DNA of 63,922 nt, counting the filler, from Octopus bimaculoides (lineage: Eukaryota): assembly GCF_001194135.2 (NCBI RefSeq). It is 4 parts of 4 records of this genome, joined end to end, with 100 filler letters (N's around TTAATTAATTAA, not from the genome) between each part and the next. Parts side by side here need not be neighbours in the genome. Positions count along the whole stretch, not along the records: positions 1 to 27,724 come from NC_068982.1; positions 27,825 to 40,411 come from NC_068984.1; 2 more parts are not named here. The stretch is one strand, 5' to 3'. Both the position numbers and the translations under genes were made by a program. Positions within the stretch are counted from its first letter, which is position 1, and every line of letters begins with the position of its first letter. Below are positions 25,316-38,606 of this stretch, in pieces. The notes under the pieces were generated by a model. That model had not been told where the DNA came from. It searched no databases and was given only the letters and a program-made list of their open reading frames with translations.

Positions 25316-27002
25316 GTGTGCACTTGCTTTACCTTCGCCCATTTTAAGATGTGATATACAGCAGAAATAATTATAAAACAAAAGAGTAAATGCGTTTAAG
25401 ACCTATGCAATTTTGTAATTTTTATTTTTGTTTTCAGTCTACAGAGAAAATATATTATACAACATACAACTCAGTGGCCCCCTCATATCATTAATAATAC
25501 CTGATTGGTAAAAGCAAATTACCGCCCCTAGTATCATTCGACATGTTTGTTTATATTCGCGAGTGCACGTTTTCCGTTTGTTTTATTTTTTAGTATAAAA
25601 TATTTGAAATTGGATGAATATTTGCAATCTTTTGCATACATCATATATTTTGAATATATTTTCCATTTTCATAACTTTTTTAAAAATCGCATTTCATTTT
25701 CTTGGAGAGGTGCGTTCCTAAAGGAGTGCCGAGGATGCTGCTAGTAAGGATTTCAGGAACCTTATCATAGTATTAGGTTTATAGTAAATCTCAATCTTAA
25801 CATTGTTCATTCGTTAGTCATAAGTCTAGATTGAGGCTCTACTAAATACTGACTTTACAATAAACCAAATAAGAAATTATGATATATTAATATAAACTGC
25901 GTGCGACCGCATTGTGGCGAATTGGTGAAGTCGCTGGAGTGTTGAATAGAGGATCGCCGTGTTTTACAGACTTCTTAAGCTTTAAACTCAAATCTCACAT
26001 GAATCAATTTTTGCTTTTTACCCTTTATGAATCGATTAAAAGTATCGATCCAAAGATGGATGGATTGGTGGAAATGATAGATGGTCTGAAAATATGATGT
26101 CTTGTGGTATGTGTTCCGTCTTTGTACATTCTGAGTTCTCATCTCCACCCCGTCATCGACAAATATTGACATGTTTGCCAAGTGTTGTGATTGACAATCA
26201 ACAATTTGATAAATCAATGGGAAACTTTAGCTAATAATATTAGTTTATTCTGACATTGAATTCCTTAATTCTGCTGTTGGTCGCAGTTAGTACGACGAAA
26301 GCTTCGACATCAAATACAGTCTTTCTGTGTTTTCGAATGGCTAAGTGTCTTTTCTACTGTAATTTTTTTTTTTAGTTTCAATACATGATCTCAAATCAAA
26401 TCGCTTGTCAGGGAAGAACATCTCAGAAATAGTTGTTGCTCACTTTGACTATGGCGATTATTGGAACATTAGTAAAGTCCATCGCTTTAATAAGGTCTGG
26501 TATAAAACTCAGATAGAATTTCTCCCACCTCTAACATCGGCTTGGGCGAACAATCTTTGGTTAGTCATTGTGTTTTTGTTGTTGTTCATATTTCTTTTAT
26601 TATTGTTGTTCATGCTATTGTTACTTTCAACACCTTCTGGTTCTGGTTAGTATTTCCCATAACCAGTGTTGTTGTTATTATTGTTGTTGCTGCCATTTGC
26701 AATCGTTCCTTCAACTAGTAACTATAGTTATTTAGACATTAGCACTGGAGGTGAGAGAAAAATATACGTCGATGGTCTGCGACGCATTTCCTGCCGAACT
26801 CTTTTTACCATCCGTCATTACCACCTTCGGTAATGCCAGTCGGTGGAAATAAACTATCAAAGAATACACCAACCTGATATTTATGGCAACATAAAATTCC
26901 TATAAATTTTTCCTTTCTACCTTAATTCCCACAAAAGAACAAAAATTCAAATTTCGTTATTTTACCATTATGGCGTTTTTTATGCATTATTATTCTTGTT
27001 GT

Positions 27003-27140
<138 letters not shown>

Positions 27141-27824
27141 TTATTGTTACCATTTACTTATTTATTCGCTTATTTATTCACTTTATTTTATTTATTTATT
27201 TATTTAATTTTTTGCAGAGGAGCACGGAGCTTGAAATGGCGGTTCCACATTATATGATTAACAATAACAACAATAACCATCACCACTACAACAACAAGAA
27301 ATATATAGAGTTTTTCTATTTAGTTTTCGCTTATTTTTTCTTCAGTTTCATCTCTATTTTATGCCAATTTTTCAGTTGTTCCAATTTATTTTTTTACCAT
27401 TTCGTTCTGCTTTCATTCCTACTTTATTTTCATTTCCCTCTTTCTTCCATTATTATCTCATTACCTCTCTCTCCCTCTCCTCTCTCTCTTTCTTTCTTTC
27501 TTTCACTTTCTCTCTCTCTTATCCTCACTCTTTCTCTTTCCTTTCCTTCTTTTTCCTCCCTGTCTCTTGGCTTATCTTTGTCTCTACCATTCCATTTTTC
27601 ATTTATCACTACGTCTATTTGTCTCGTTCTTTAAACCATGTGTATATGTGTATGCATGCATATATCTATACATACATACATACATATATGAGTGTGTATC
27701 TATATATATGTATACATATATATANNNNNNNNNNNNNNNNNNNNNNNNNNNNNNNNNNNNNNNNNNNNTTAATTAATTAANNNNNNNNNNNNNNNNNNNN
27801 NNNNNNNNNNNNNNNNNNNNNNNN

Positions 27825-27882
<58 letters not shown>

Positions 27883-28421
27883 CTGTACAATTGTGTGTGA
27901 GTGTTTGGTCATGTGCTTTAGTCTTTACGAAAGCCATCTTTTTGTCTGAGCGTTTGTGAGTGCATCTGTGTGAGTCTTTTTCTGATTATCTGCCTATTAT
28001 TTTCGTTCGTCTCTGTGTGCGGGTGCATCTGATCGCCTGCATAGAGCAGATCCGTCACGTTCTTTTCGTTTTCTTTGTCAGCAGAAATAGCGACAATTTT
28101 ATTGTTATATGTCAGTATGATAAACAAAATTCCTCTGTCTTGAGGTTTCAAGGAGTTTCAAGGAGGTTTCCAGATTCCATTGAGAATATTTTCAGGCATT
28201 AGGGTTCATATCTAAGATTGAATAAGTCTAAACATTTCATCACGACAATCTGTAGCTTTGCTTAAAAACAAAGAACAGAAAGAGAGAAACAGAACCACGA
28301 AACCCGATTAACATGGATGCCCAACTAAAAGTCAAGATTTTCACCCTCACTCACAAAGATCGCTCTGACCAAAGCAAATGAGAAGTTGCACATCTTTCTC
28401 CATGATTTCTTTGCTGCAGAT

Positions 28422-28813
28422 CCGTGGTTCTCAACCATTTTTCATCTATAGACCCCTTTCATTCCTATTTCATTCTGGTGGACCCCCATAGCCATTCGAT
28501 GTTTTAAAACTAGTTTTATAAACACTTCTTACAAAATTCCTATTTTGTTTTTCACACATTCACTTGTGTAGGTTTGCAATAGAGAACATATTTTATTGAC
28601 TAGAAACAGTTTAACTTTGTAAAACATTAGAAAAAGAAACTCAGCTGTTTCTTGTAATAAACACACCGAAAGCAAAAACATTTTCATGAACCCTTAAAAT
28701 ACTACTGTGGACCCTCAATTTACCATGTTGCTTGAGAGGCCCCCACAAAACCTTATATGGACGCTCCATCCCACCCATCAGGGCATCACATCGGCCCTGG
28801 TTGGGAACTACTG
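28422..28813. mobile_element. hAT-type MITE
   Basis: TIRs ccgtggttctcaacc (28422-28436) and ggttgggaactactg (28799-28813) resemble the CAGTGGTTCTCAAC ends of hAT/Charlie-type elements. No clear 8 bp TSD. Confidence 0.6.
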
Positions 28814-29421
28814 CATAGAATATATTCCCCGATGGCTACTGTGAATATATACCTGTATAGAATAAAGTTATCGACATAATTATAATTGGTTTCTAAAGTT
28901 CTTGCGAGAGGGTCACAACAAAGTGATGTGCTTTATTCTGGAAACATTAACCATAGGCAATTCAACTTCCTGTATGTGGATTGGTTTACCAATAATCTGA
29001 AATCATGGTAGAGTACCTCATCCCTGGTGAAAGCAACTGTAAGGTTGCTGTTTAAGTTTATGAGCCAACGGACCACAACAAAAACGTGTTAAATTTACTT
29101 TTAACCGATCGTTCTTCTACATCTTTGCTGCTAAATCTCTTCTCTCTGACCAAGATGTGGCAGTCGGTTGGCTTAGTTTTTTAAAAAAACACTATAAGTA
29201 CACAGTCACTGCAGCACATCCGACAAAGTGAGATCTGTAGGTCTGTGCATGTGTGTGTGTGAGAGAGAGACAGACAGACAGAATGAAATAGTGAGCGGTT
29301 ATGAATGAGTGAGGGAGAAACAGAAAACAAATGCTGAGCAACATTAAAATAATTTGCAGGTGCTAATGGAGGGTTTCCCCGACAAAGGTGTGTATATGTG
29401 TGTGTGTGTATACGATTGTTA

Positions 29422-29455
<34 letters not shown>

Positions 29456-30008
29456 ACGTGTTGATATATGTGAGATAGCTGACTGGTTGGATGAATGGAT
29501 GGATGAAGAGCTGTTCAGGCGGGGTGTGCGGAGTATATTTGTTTTTGATAACAATAAACGGCTGCTTAAATATATCTAATCTGTTTATTTATACAACAAA
29601 ATACGGGGATGGTGGGCCGAGACCAGTTCAAATCCTTCTATGGCTCTGTGACACGGTTCAATGAATTTCTTTCAACACACACACACACACACACATACGC
29701 GCACACACAAATACACTCAGTCACATTTGTTCACACACTTACGCATACGCACACACATACACACACACAACACGACTAAGTGTGAGAGAGGAATCGAAGA
29801 AAAACAAGAAACAAGTGATAGATAAATGGGTGTTGGTGTATGTGCGGGCGGGTGCGTGTGTGTGTGTGTGTGTAGAATTAAATAGATAGATAGATAGGTT
29901 GGTGGTTAGGTAGATTGATCGATCGATTAATGGATAGAAAGAGAGATGAAGAGAGCGTATAAGAGAAGGGGAAATGAAGAGAGGGGATAAGGGAGGAGTG
30001 AGGAGGAC

Positions 30009-30041
<33 letters not shown>

Positions 30042-30264
30042 AGTAAAGGGAGGTTGAGTGAATAGGAAGGGGGCGGGGATATAAAGATGAGATTGGTGGG
30101 GTTATTTAAAGAGAAAGTAAAAATCTGTTGAGCCAAAATAAAGATCATTTTCTCTTGTGCCCGTCACCCTCCACTAAATTTCCCTTACAAAATCACTCTT
30201 GCATTTTTACCCATCCAACTGACTTTTTTGTTTCTCTTGGCTTTCATCTTTGTTCAGTGGCCTA

Positions 30265-30352
30265 TTGTTGTTGTTACTGTTGTTGTTGTTACTGTTGTTG
30301 TTGTTACTGTTGTTGTTGTTACTGTTGTTGTTGTTACTGTTGTTGTTGTTAC
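30265..30352 (+). repeat. Higher-order 15 bp repeat (TGTTGTTGTTGTTAC)n
   Basis: A GTT run interrupted periodically by AC, about 6 units. Confidence 0.85.
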
Positions 30353-30560
30353 ACTCGTCGTCGTCGGTAAAATCAGTTGTCATTAAAGATGCAATGAGCC
30401 ACGGAGAGCGAAACCGTCAACGACCCCGTTGTGATCTTTGACTCAAAGTTATATTTCATTTAATTAATGTGCTGAAGAGTTGTTCTTTGTAATGGAAATG
30501 CATCAACGCCTCTAATTCTTTGTCTATACCTGTCTGTCTGTCTATTTGTCTGTCTGTCTA

Positions 30561-30593
<33 letters not shown>

Positions 30594-30899
30594 TTGACTG
30601 GCTGCCCGCCCGTCTATCGTTCTCTCTCTCTCTCTCTCTTCTACATCTACATGTAAATTAGAGTACCAGAGATTCACCTCGCTGTCTGAGAAACTCTTTT
30701 GTCTGATGGATTTAGATAAAGGAGGAGGAGAAGGAGCATCGCGTATGAGAGTCGCCCTCCATCTTAGACTAGTGAGATACTCCCCCCCCACACACACACA
30801 CATACGCGAACCCTGCTGTACTCTTTTATTCACAACTTTCTCACTCTTCCTTCCTGTTTATGTTGTGCTGAATCTCGCCGAGAACTACATTAGGGGTAT

Positions 30900-31004
30900 T
30901 AGTGTCTGTGGAGTGCTCAGCCACTTACACGTTAATTTCACGAGCAGGCTGTTCCGCTGACCGGATCAACTAGAACTCTCGTCGTCGTCACCGACGGAAT
31001 GCCA

Positions 31005-31006
<2 letters not shown>
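30900..31006 (+). mobile_element. SINE family A 3' fragment
   Basis: gtgtctgtggagtgctcagccacttacacgttaatttcacgagcaggctg matches 2397-2450. Confidence 0.8.
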
Positions 31007-31038
<32 letters not shown>

Positions 31039-31101
31039 GCATATATGTAACTATCATAAGCCTTAAAACACCAGCTAATGCAGCAAAACTACTTATATCT
31101 G

Positions 31102-31151
<50 letters not shown>

Positions 31152-31569
31152 TGTTCTCTTTGGTTGAACAATGTCTCTGTGAAGTTTAGTGTTATATGAG
31201 AGTAGAGTCATTGATGTCATTAATGAAATAATAGGAGGAGGAGAAAGAGTGAAAGAGGTGGCGGGAGGTAAAGAAAAGAGAGATAATAGAGGCGAAGATA
31301 ACCGAGAGACTTGCCTTCATTCATGTTATCTATTAACAAGATCTGGAAACGTACGTGTGTGTATGTATGTGTAGATTTCTGCCTTTAAATTTCTCTGTAT
31401 ATTGTACATTTGTACGAACACACACACGTCTTTAACAATTTATCTATCTATCCTGCTCTCTCTCTCTCTCTCTCTCTCNNNNNNNNNNNNNNNNNNNNNN
31501 NNNNNNNNNNNNNNNNNNNNNNNNNNNNNNNNNNNNNNNNNNNNNNNNNNNNNNNNNNNNNNNNNNNNN

Positions 31570-31604
<35 letters not shown>

Positions 31605-32806
31605 CATATATACATACATACATACATACATACATATACATACATAAACACATACATATATATATATGCATACATATATAAGATGTCTATTAATATATAT
31701 ATATATATATTTGTATATATGCATATGGATAGATATGTATGTGTGTATATGTGTATATATATTTACACATACACATATTGGTATATAGACACATGCATTC
31801 ATACATGTGATGCGTGCAGCATCCATGTGTGCGTACGTTCATGCATACTAAATCTCTCTCTCTCTCTCCGTTTACAGCTGGTTTTGGACAACAGAAGCAC
31901 CGACCATTGTATCAATCAGTCAGCGAAGCAGAGTATAGATGGCGCCACCGTCTCTCAGAACTCGGCCATCTTCTCATGTCTGTTGGAGCCACTTGAAGCT
32001 ATGCACAGGCACACGTGTATACACACAGCATATACGTTATTTTATACGTTATATACAAGCTTTGCAGCAAGTTCTGTTTAATACGAATCTGCGAGGTGGA
32101 GGCGAGGAGGAGGCGGCTATGGCCAGTTTAAAGCAGCGTCTATTGTAGCTGCCATTTGCTAGGTAATGACCAGCCGTGCTTATATGGTCAGCTGCCTGGA
32201 GTGGGAAAGGTGGACGGTGGGAGAGTACGAATGGCTTTTGAATGTCATTGTTAATGTTGTTGCGGTGGATCATCGTCATCATCATCATCATTACCATCAC
32301 CGCGTTCTTCTTCTCAATCATCATCATCAACATCATCATCATCATTACCATCACCACGTTCTTCTTCTTCTTCTCCATGACCGCCACCACCATCACCACT
32401 TTCTTTTCTTTCTTTTCTCTTTTTTCTTCTTCCTTTTCTCTTCAACTCCGTCTTCATCTTCATCCACAATACCGTATTCGTCGTGACCACCACCATTACC
32501 ACCACCACCGCAATCATCACTCTCCCCCCCCCCTNNNNNNNNNNNNNNNNNNNNNNNNNNNNNNNNNNNNNNNNNNNNNNNNNNNNNNNNNNNNNNNNNN
32601 NNNNNNNNNNNNNNNNNNNNNNNNNNNNNNNNNNNNNNNNNNNNNNNNNNNNNNNNNNNNNNNNNNNNNNNNNNNNNNNNNNNNNNNNNNNNNNNNNNNN
32701 NNNNNNNNNNNNNNNNNNNNNNNNNNNNNNNNNNNNNNNNNNNNNNNNNNNNNNNNNNNNNNNNNNNNNNNNNNNNNNNNNNNNNNNNNNNNNNNNNNNN
32801 NNNNNN

Positions 32807-32873
<67 letters not shown>

Positions 32874-33065
32874 CATCACAGCATTCATGGTATTGACCAG
32901 ATTATCGGATGTTGTTGTACATTGCTGGTCACAGTGCGTTTTACATCATTTTTACTTTCGAATGCAACTTAATGGAAAACAACATCAACGATGTACAGTC
33001 TTACTTTATATCAAGTATTGAGTACTTTTTCGCTTATTCTATATAAATAACGCGTATACACATTG

Positions 33066-33121
<56 letters not shown>

Positions 33122-33131
33122 NNNNNNNNNN

Positions 33132-33171
<40 letters not shown>

Positions 33172-33964
33172 ATATACACACATACGAAGTTGAAAACACT
33201 ATCTTCTACATCTTTTTTCCTGCATTCTTGCGGTTTCAGAAAAGTAAAAGAGAGAGAGAGGAAGAGGAAGAGGAGGAGGAAGAGAGAGATGGAAAAGTTT
33301 GAGAATTGCTAGCGCTGAGCTTAGTGCATTAGGCCGCCGGTTTTTATGGCACACTGATGCAAAAGAAACTGAGAACCAGTTAGCTATTTGAAATATGGTT
33401 TTTCATTTGTCAAATCAGCAGAAAGTTGTAGGGTTTAATAGGAAGTGGGAAAACTGTCACAGGCATAGCTTTACTATTTATTTAAGCGACAAATGCAAAA
33501 TAAAATGGTTGCATACAGAGGTTGAAATCTAGACGTCGGCTCCGCTCTTCACAGTACTGACTTGATTTAAGGCCACTGCGTCTTTCCTTATTTAATCTCT
33601 CAGTTCCATAGTTTGTCTTCAGACCGTGAAATTCCATTCAGCATGTCTGGAAATTCATAACAATCCCGTTACGGAGTCCAGCATCTGTCCATTGTGTGTG
33701 TGATTTCGACAAACAGAAGCGAACCACTGCAACGGCAATGATCTCTTTTACAGGGTTTTTTATTTTTATCTCTCAGACATCGAAGAGACAACGTTTTGGA
33801 ATGGAAAATAACCATGTCTTACAAGTTCTCATCTCCTCCTCATGTAAATATAGGGCAAGATGCTTACATATTATGAGATCAGATCTATAATGATGTGAGT
33901 GCAGACTTTGCTTTATAATGATCCGAGTGTAGACTCAGCTAATATTTTTCTGAGTGCATAGAGT

Positions 33965-34178
33965 ACCGAGCTGGCCGTATCGTTAGCGTGCCGGACAAAA
34001 TGCTGAGCGGTATTTCGCCCGTCTTTATGTTCTGAGTTCAAATTCCGCAAAGCTCAAGTTGGCCTTTTATCTTTTCGGAGTCGATAAAATAAGTACCTGT
34101 GGAAAACTGGGGTCGATGTTATCGACATACCTCCACCGCCACGAAATTACTGGTCTTGTGCAAAAATTTTGGAACCCC
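33965..34178 (+). mobile_element. tRNA-derived SINE family C, tail type 1
   Basis: gagctggccgtatcgttagc...gagttcaaattcc (B box), cttttcggagtcgataaaataagtac, tail ctggtcttgtgcaaaaatttt. Confidence 0.75.
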
Positions 34179-34668
34179 TATTTTTCTTGCTCGAGTATTA
34201 TCGCTTCAACAGCACCGGGTTAACGTTTTCGCTATTATCTCCAGTTCTACCTCATGTAAACCAATAAAGGTAAAACCAGCTAATGGAATCATTGCGTCAA
34301 CTGGAAATTGTCAGAAATGTGACCGGAAATTATTAGGATCAATTAAAGATGTCTTCAGTTCATTAGTGTCTGTTCTGGTAATCATGGACGGTCATTCTTG
34401 GATTGTTGGTTTATTTTCGTGCCAAAAGTCGATTCTAAAAATTCTGGCTATTGTTAAAATCGTTCAGCTTCTTACTTTGCTTCAACGAGTCCTTTCACTT
34501 TGCTTCAGTCGGTCATAGCTAAGCCCACACTGGAGCAACGCTTAATGTTTACTCCCCACTCTCTCTCTCTCTTGCTCACTCTCACTTCTCTCTCTCACCC
34601 TCTCTCATTCACAAATGTTATTTTTGTGACATTTTTCTTTTCATAATTATTATCAATTAAAACAACAG

Positions 34669-34669
<1 letters not shown>

Positions 34670-34728
<59 letters not shown>

Positions 34729-34729
34729 T

Positions 34730-34778
<49 letters not shown>

Positions 34779-34780
34779 GC
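34670..34780 (+). repeat. (CTA)n microsatellite
   Basis: Long ACT/CTA run. Confidence 0.95.
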
Positions 34781-34785
34781 TGCTG

Positions 34786-35080
34786 CACAAGATCTACCTC
34801 ATACAATTTCTACCCCACACATAAATCTAGTCTACATATGATCTACCCTCAAGATCTACTCACATAAGAGCTGCTCGGAACACGATGTACTCGAGTCAAA
34901 ATCTACCCCACCCAAGATTTATCCCATACGATACCTACCCGACTCAAGTCTACCCCATACAAAATCTACCTTATGCAAGATCTATCCTACACAGGCTCTT
35001 CCCCAAATAAGATTTGCCCTTAACATGATCAGCCCCGAACAAGATCTACTCAACATCTCGTTCACACAAGATCTGTCTCT
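34786..35080 (+). repeat. Degenerate ~17 bp minisatellite
   Basis: Recurrent caagatctaccccatac-like units. Confidence 0.6.
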
Positions 35081-35414
35081 CCAAATGGACACATCCTTCA
35101 CAACGATGAAATATGGCTTCTGCCACCCCTAATGACGACGACGATGCCTTTCAAAGGTAATACCTGAAGCTGCAACTGTTGATCACTAGAAGGAGGGATG
35201 GTCATCGCTGGAGAAGCGGAGGGCCTGACTCTTTAAAAGCATCAACATCACAGAGACCTGTTCGGGATTCTCAGCGTGAGGGTGTTTGGGAGAGACGAGT
35301 TTCATTCACACGAATCGCCCCCAGTATTTGACTGGTATTTCATTTCTTTCAACCTTAGAAGGATCGGAAGGCAAAGCAGACTGATGGAATTTCAGTTCAA
35401 AACATAAACATATA

Positions 35415-35865
35415 GGCGCAGAAGTGGCTGTGTGGTAAGTAACTTGCTTACCAACCACATGGTCCCGGGTTCAGTCCTACTGCGTGGCACCTTGGGCAAG
35501 NNNNNNNNNNCCCGGGTTCAGTCCTACTGCGTGGCACCTTGGGCAAGTGTCTTCTACAATAGCCTCAGGTCGACCAAAGCCTTGTGAGTGGATTTGGTAG
35601 ACGAAAACTGGAAGAAATCCATCGTGTATGTATATATGTGTATATATGTATGTGTGTGTGTGTGTTTGTGTGTCTGTTTGTCCCCCCAGCATCGCTTGAC
35701 AACCGATGCTGGTGTGTTTACGTCCCCGTAACTTAGCGGTTCGGCAAAAGAGCCCGATAGAATAAGTACTAGGCTTACAAAGAATAAGCTCTGGGGTCGA
35801 TTTGCTCGACTATAAAGGCGGTGCTCCAGCATGGCCGCAGTCAAATGACTGAAACAAGTAAAAAA
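35415..35865 (+). mobile_element. SINE family B, full length
   Basis: A/B-box head ggcgcagaagtggctgtgtggtaag...gggttcagtcc, then ccttgggcaagtgtcttc (reminiscent of the CORE-SINE motif), internal (TG)n, and tail gtgctccagcatggccgcagtcaaatgactgaaac. Confidence 0.9.
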
Positions 35866-36117
35866 GAGAGAAAGAGTAAAGAGAGAGAAGCAACAAAAGA
35901 CTGCCAAGTGTTATTTTCGCCACCATCACCGCCGCCACCACCACCACTACTACCACTACCATCACGGCCTGAGGGAGAGAGTAAAAGAGAGAGAGGGGAG
36001 GGTAGGAGGGAGAGAGAGAGGACTACCAGAAGTTGTGATGTTTATCCATTCCGGAATAAGACGTGATGATGTAAATGAAATGAACCCAGCAGAGAATTGA
36101 ATCTGTGTCCATAGTAT

Positions 36118-36165
36118 TTGCCAGCTCCTCTGGATTATTATTTATGGGGTTACCTTATATGGACG
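36118..36165 (+). mobile_element. Tiny Tc1/mariner transposase remnant
   Basis: Translates PAPLDYYLWGYL, similar to the DLxPLD(Y/F)xLWGYLK motif around the third catalytic residue. Confidence 0.3.
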
Positions 36166-36530
36166 ATGTCATCCTTTTCAACTACAATAACTACTACTAC
36201 TACTACTACGACTACTACTACTACTACTACTATGCACACCCAACCATCACCAATGTCCGCCATTGACAAGTTTTGGTTGGTTAATATACAAGATTTGACG
36301 TAAACTAAATTGGATGGATGCCTCATATTTTGCGTTAATATTCAAAGGAATCGGTAAGGACTGAAGAAACTGATCGATGTGTTTTAAATCTTCATCAATT
36401 CTTCCCACCATCATTCGTATTTATAGGCACCAACCTTCTCAAACGGACATACACACATTCCTACATATGTGCACGCTTACGTACTGACAAACATTTAGAC
36501 ATACTACATACATACCTACGTCAATACATC

Positions 36531-36576
<46 letters not shown>

Positions 36577-37550
36577 ATATATATATATNNNNNNNNNNNN
36601 NNNNNNNNNNNNNNNNNNNNNNNNNNNNNNNNNNNNNNNNNNNNNNNNNNNNNNNNNNNNNNNNNNNNNNNNNNNNNNNNNNNNNNNNNNNNNNNNNNNN
36701 NNNNNNNNNNNNNNNNNNNNNNNNNNNNNNNNNNNNNNNNNNNNNNNNNNNNNNNNNNNNNNNNNNNNNNNNNNNNNNNNNNNNNNNNNNNNNNNNNNNN
36801 NNNNNNNNNNNNNNNNNNNNNNNNNNNNNNNNNNNNNNNNNNNNNNNNNNNNNNNNNNNNNNNNNNNNNNNNNNNNNNNNNNNNNNNNNNNNNNNNNNNN
36901 NNNNNNNNNNNNNNNNNNNNNNNNNNNNNNNNNNNNNNNNNNNNNNNNNNNNNNNNNNNNNNNNNNNNNNNNNNNNNNNNNNNNNNNNNNAAAAAAAAAA
37001 AAAAAAGGAAAAAAAAAAAGAAAGTTACAGATTCGTCGAAGAAGTGACACAGTCTCTATTCTTCGTTAGAGCTATTTCCTTTTATCACTGCAACAAACAT
37101 TTACTAAAATGACTGACTCCTTCCCACTGACTCCCTCCCACTGACTCCCTCCCATTGACTGACTCCCTTCTACTCTTTCTTCCCTTTTCATCACATTTGG
37201 TGTCCACTTAAAAGACATTAATTCATTTCTTTTCAGATTCTTGAACTAAAATCTTCTGTTCTACTCTACGCTTCGATTTTGTCAAACTTCTATTTTGATA
37301 ACAACGATCGAAAAACAAGAGTTTTCTCCTAATTTTATAGCTAATGAATGTTTCAATTTATTATTTAAATTATTTGAGGTGAAATATAGCCAAATGAAAT
37401 TTATATTTAATATATGCTTTATACAAAACAACACCGGTTAGTTTTAAAATCAATCGACGTTAACATCGATTTTCAATGGTGGTTAGATTTGAATTAAATT
37501 AAATTTAATTTTTATGTTTGTATTACCTAAGTTATTATTGAGAAGAAAAA

Positions 37551-37765
37551 GGCCGCGAGTTGGCAGAATCGTTACTGCGCCGGAGAAAATGCTCAGCGAC
37601 ATTTCGTCCGTCTTCACGTTCTGAGTTTAAATTCCACCGAGGTCCACTTTGCCTTCCATCCTTTCGGCATCGATAAAATAAGTACTACTCGAACACTGGG
37701 TTCAATGTTATCGATTTACCCCCACCCCTACAATAGCTGGCCTTGTACCAAAATTTGAATCCAAA
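37551..37765 (+). mobile_element. SINE family C, tail type 1
   Basis: ggccgcgagttggcagaatcg...gagtttaaattccaccgaggtccactttgccttccatcctttcggcatcgataaaataagtac, tail ctggccttgtaccaaaatttgaa. Confidence 0.8.
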
Positions 37766-38167
37766 AATCGGGAAATAAAGCGCTTCTTTTGTAGGTGTTT
37801 GAACGAATGCCGGTGGGTTTATTTTTGTGGTTATCATAGAACTGTATTTATGAAAAGTTTTTGTAGAACGTCTCATGTTGAGAAAGCATTAGAAACATAA
37901 AAGAGAGAAACTGCATTAGAGCTCGAATCTGACCTTTTTTCTTCCAACTGAACGTCCTAATCATGGGGGCAAAAAGGTCCAGCAGAGCAAGAATTGGTTA
38001 TAAGGAACGCAACAAGTCGAGGAATAATAAAAAAGGTAACAACAGATGGACAACTAGTTATATACGTCATCATTTTTAGTAATGTTTTGATATTATATAG
38101 AACTGCTTGTCTTTCATCATTCATCTTTTATGAATGTATATGTATGTACGTATGTATATATATATTA

Positions 38168-38198
<31 letters not shown>

Positions 38199-38557
38199 TG
38201 TATGTATGTATATGAATATGTACACTTCAAAAACATGTATGACGTTTTTCTCCCTCCATTTTTCTTCCTCTCTTTTCTCCACTGTTAGAAGAATAGGAAA
38301 AAAAGAAACATATCGTTTTTAATTTCTAAATGACTTTAAATTAATTAATTTCAAAATATCGTGCTATGTCGTGCAGAAGAGCTCCAAAAGAGGACCAAAT
38401 GGTACTGTCCACGGCCACGAGAGCATATATGCATGCTCTTTTTACTCATTGACAATGATTTCTCAACATCAGAAAAGTAGAGTTACAAGCGATTATCTCC
38501 CCTTAAGTAGCAATTCCTAGTAATTCCACCAAGTGTACACACACACACACACACAAA

Positions 38558-38606
<49 letters not shown>

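Noticed and set aside
27769-27780. TTAATTAATTAA islands inside N runs (also 40456-40467 and 62663-62674)
   Set aside because: An identical all-frame stop linker embedded in gaps is a scaffolding artefact, not biology.
35461-35540. Duplicated SINE segment on both sides of a 10-N gap
   Set aside because: An exact repeat flanking a small gap is typical of unmerged contig overlap.
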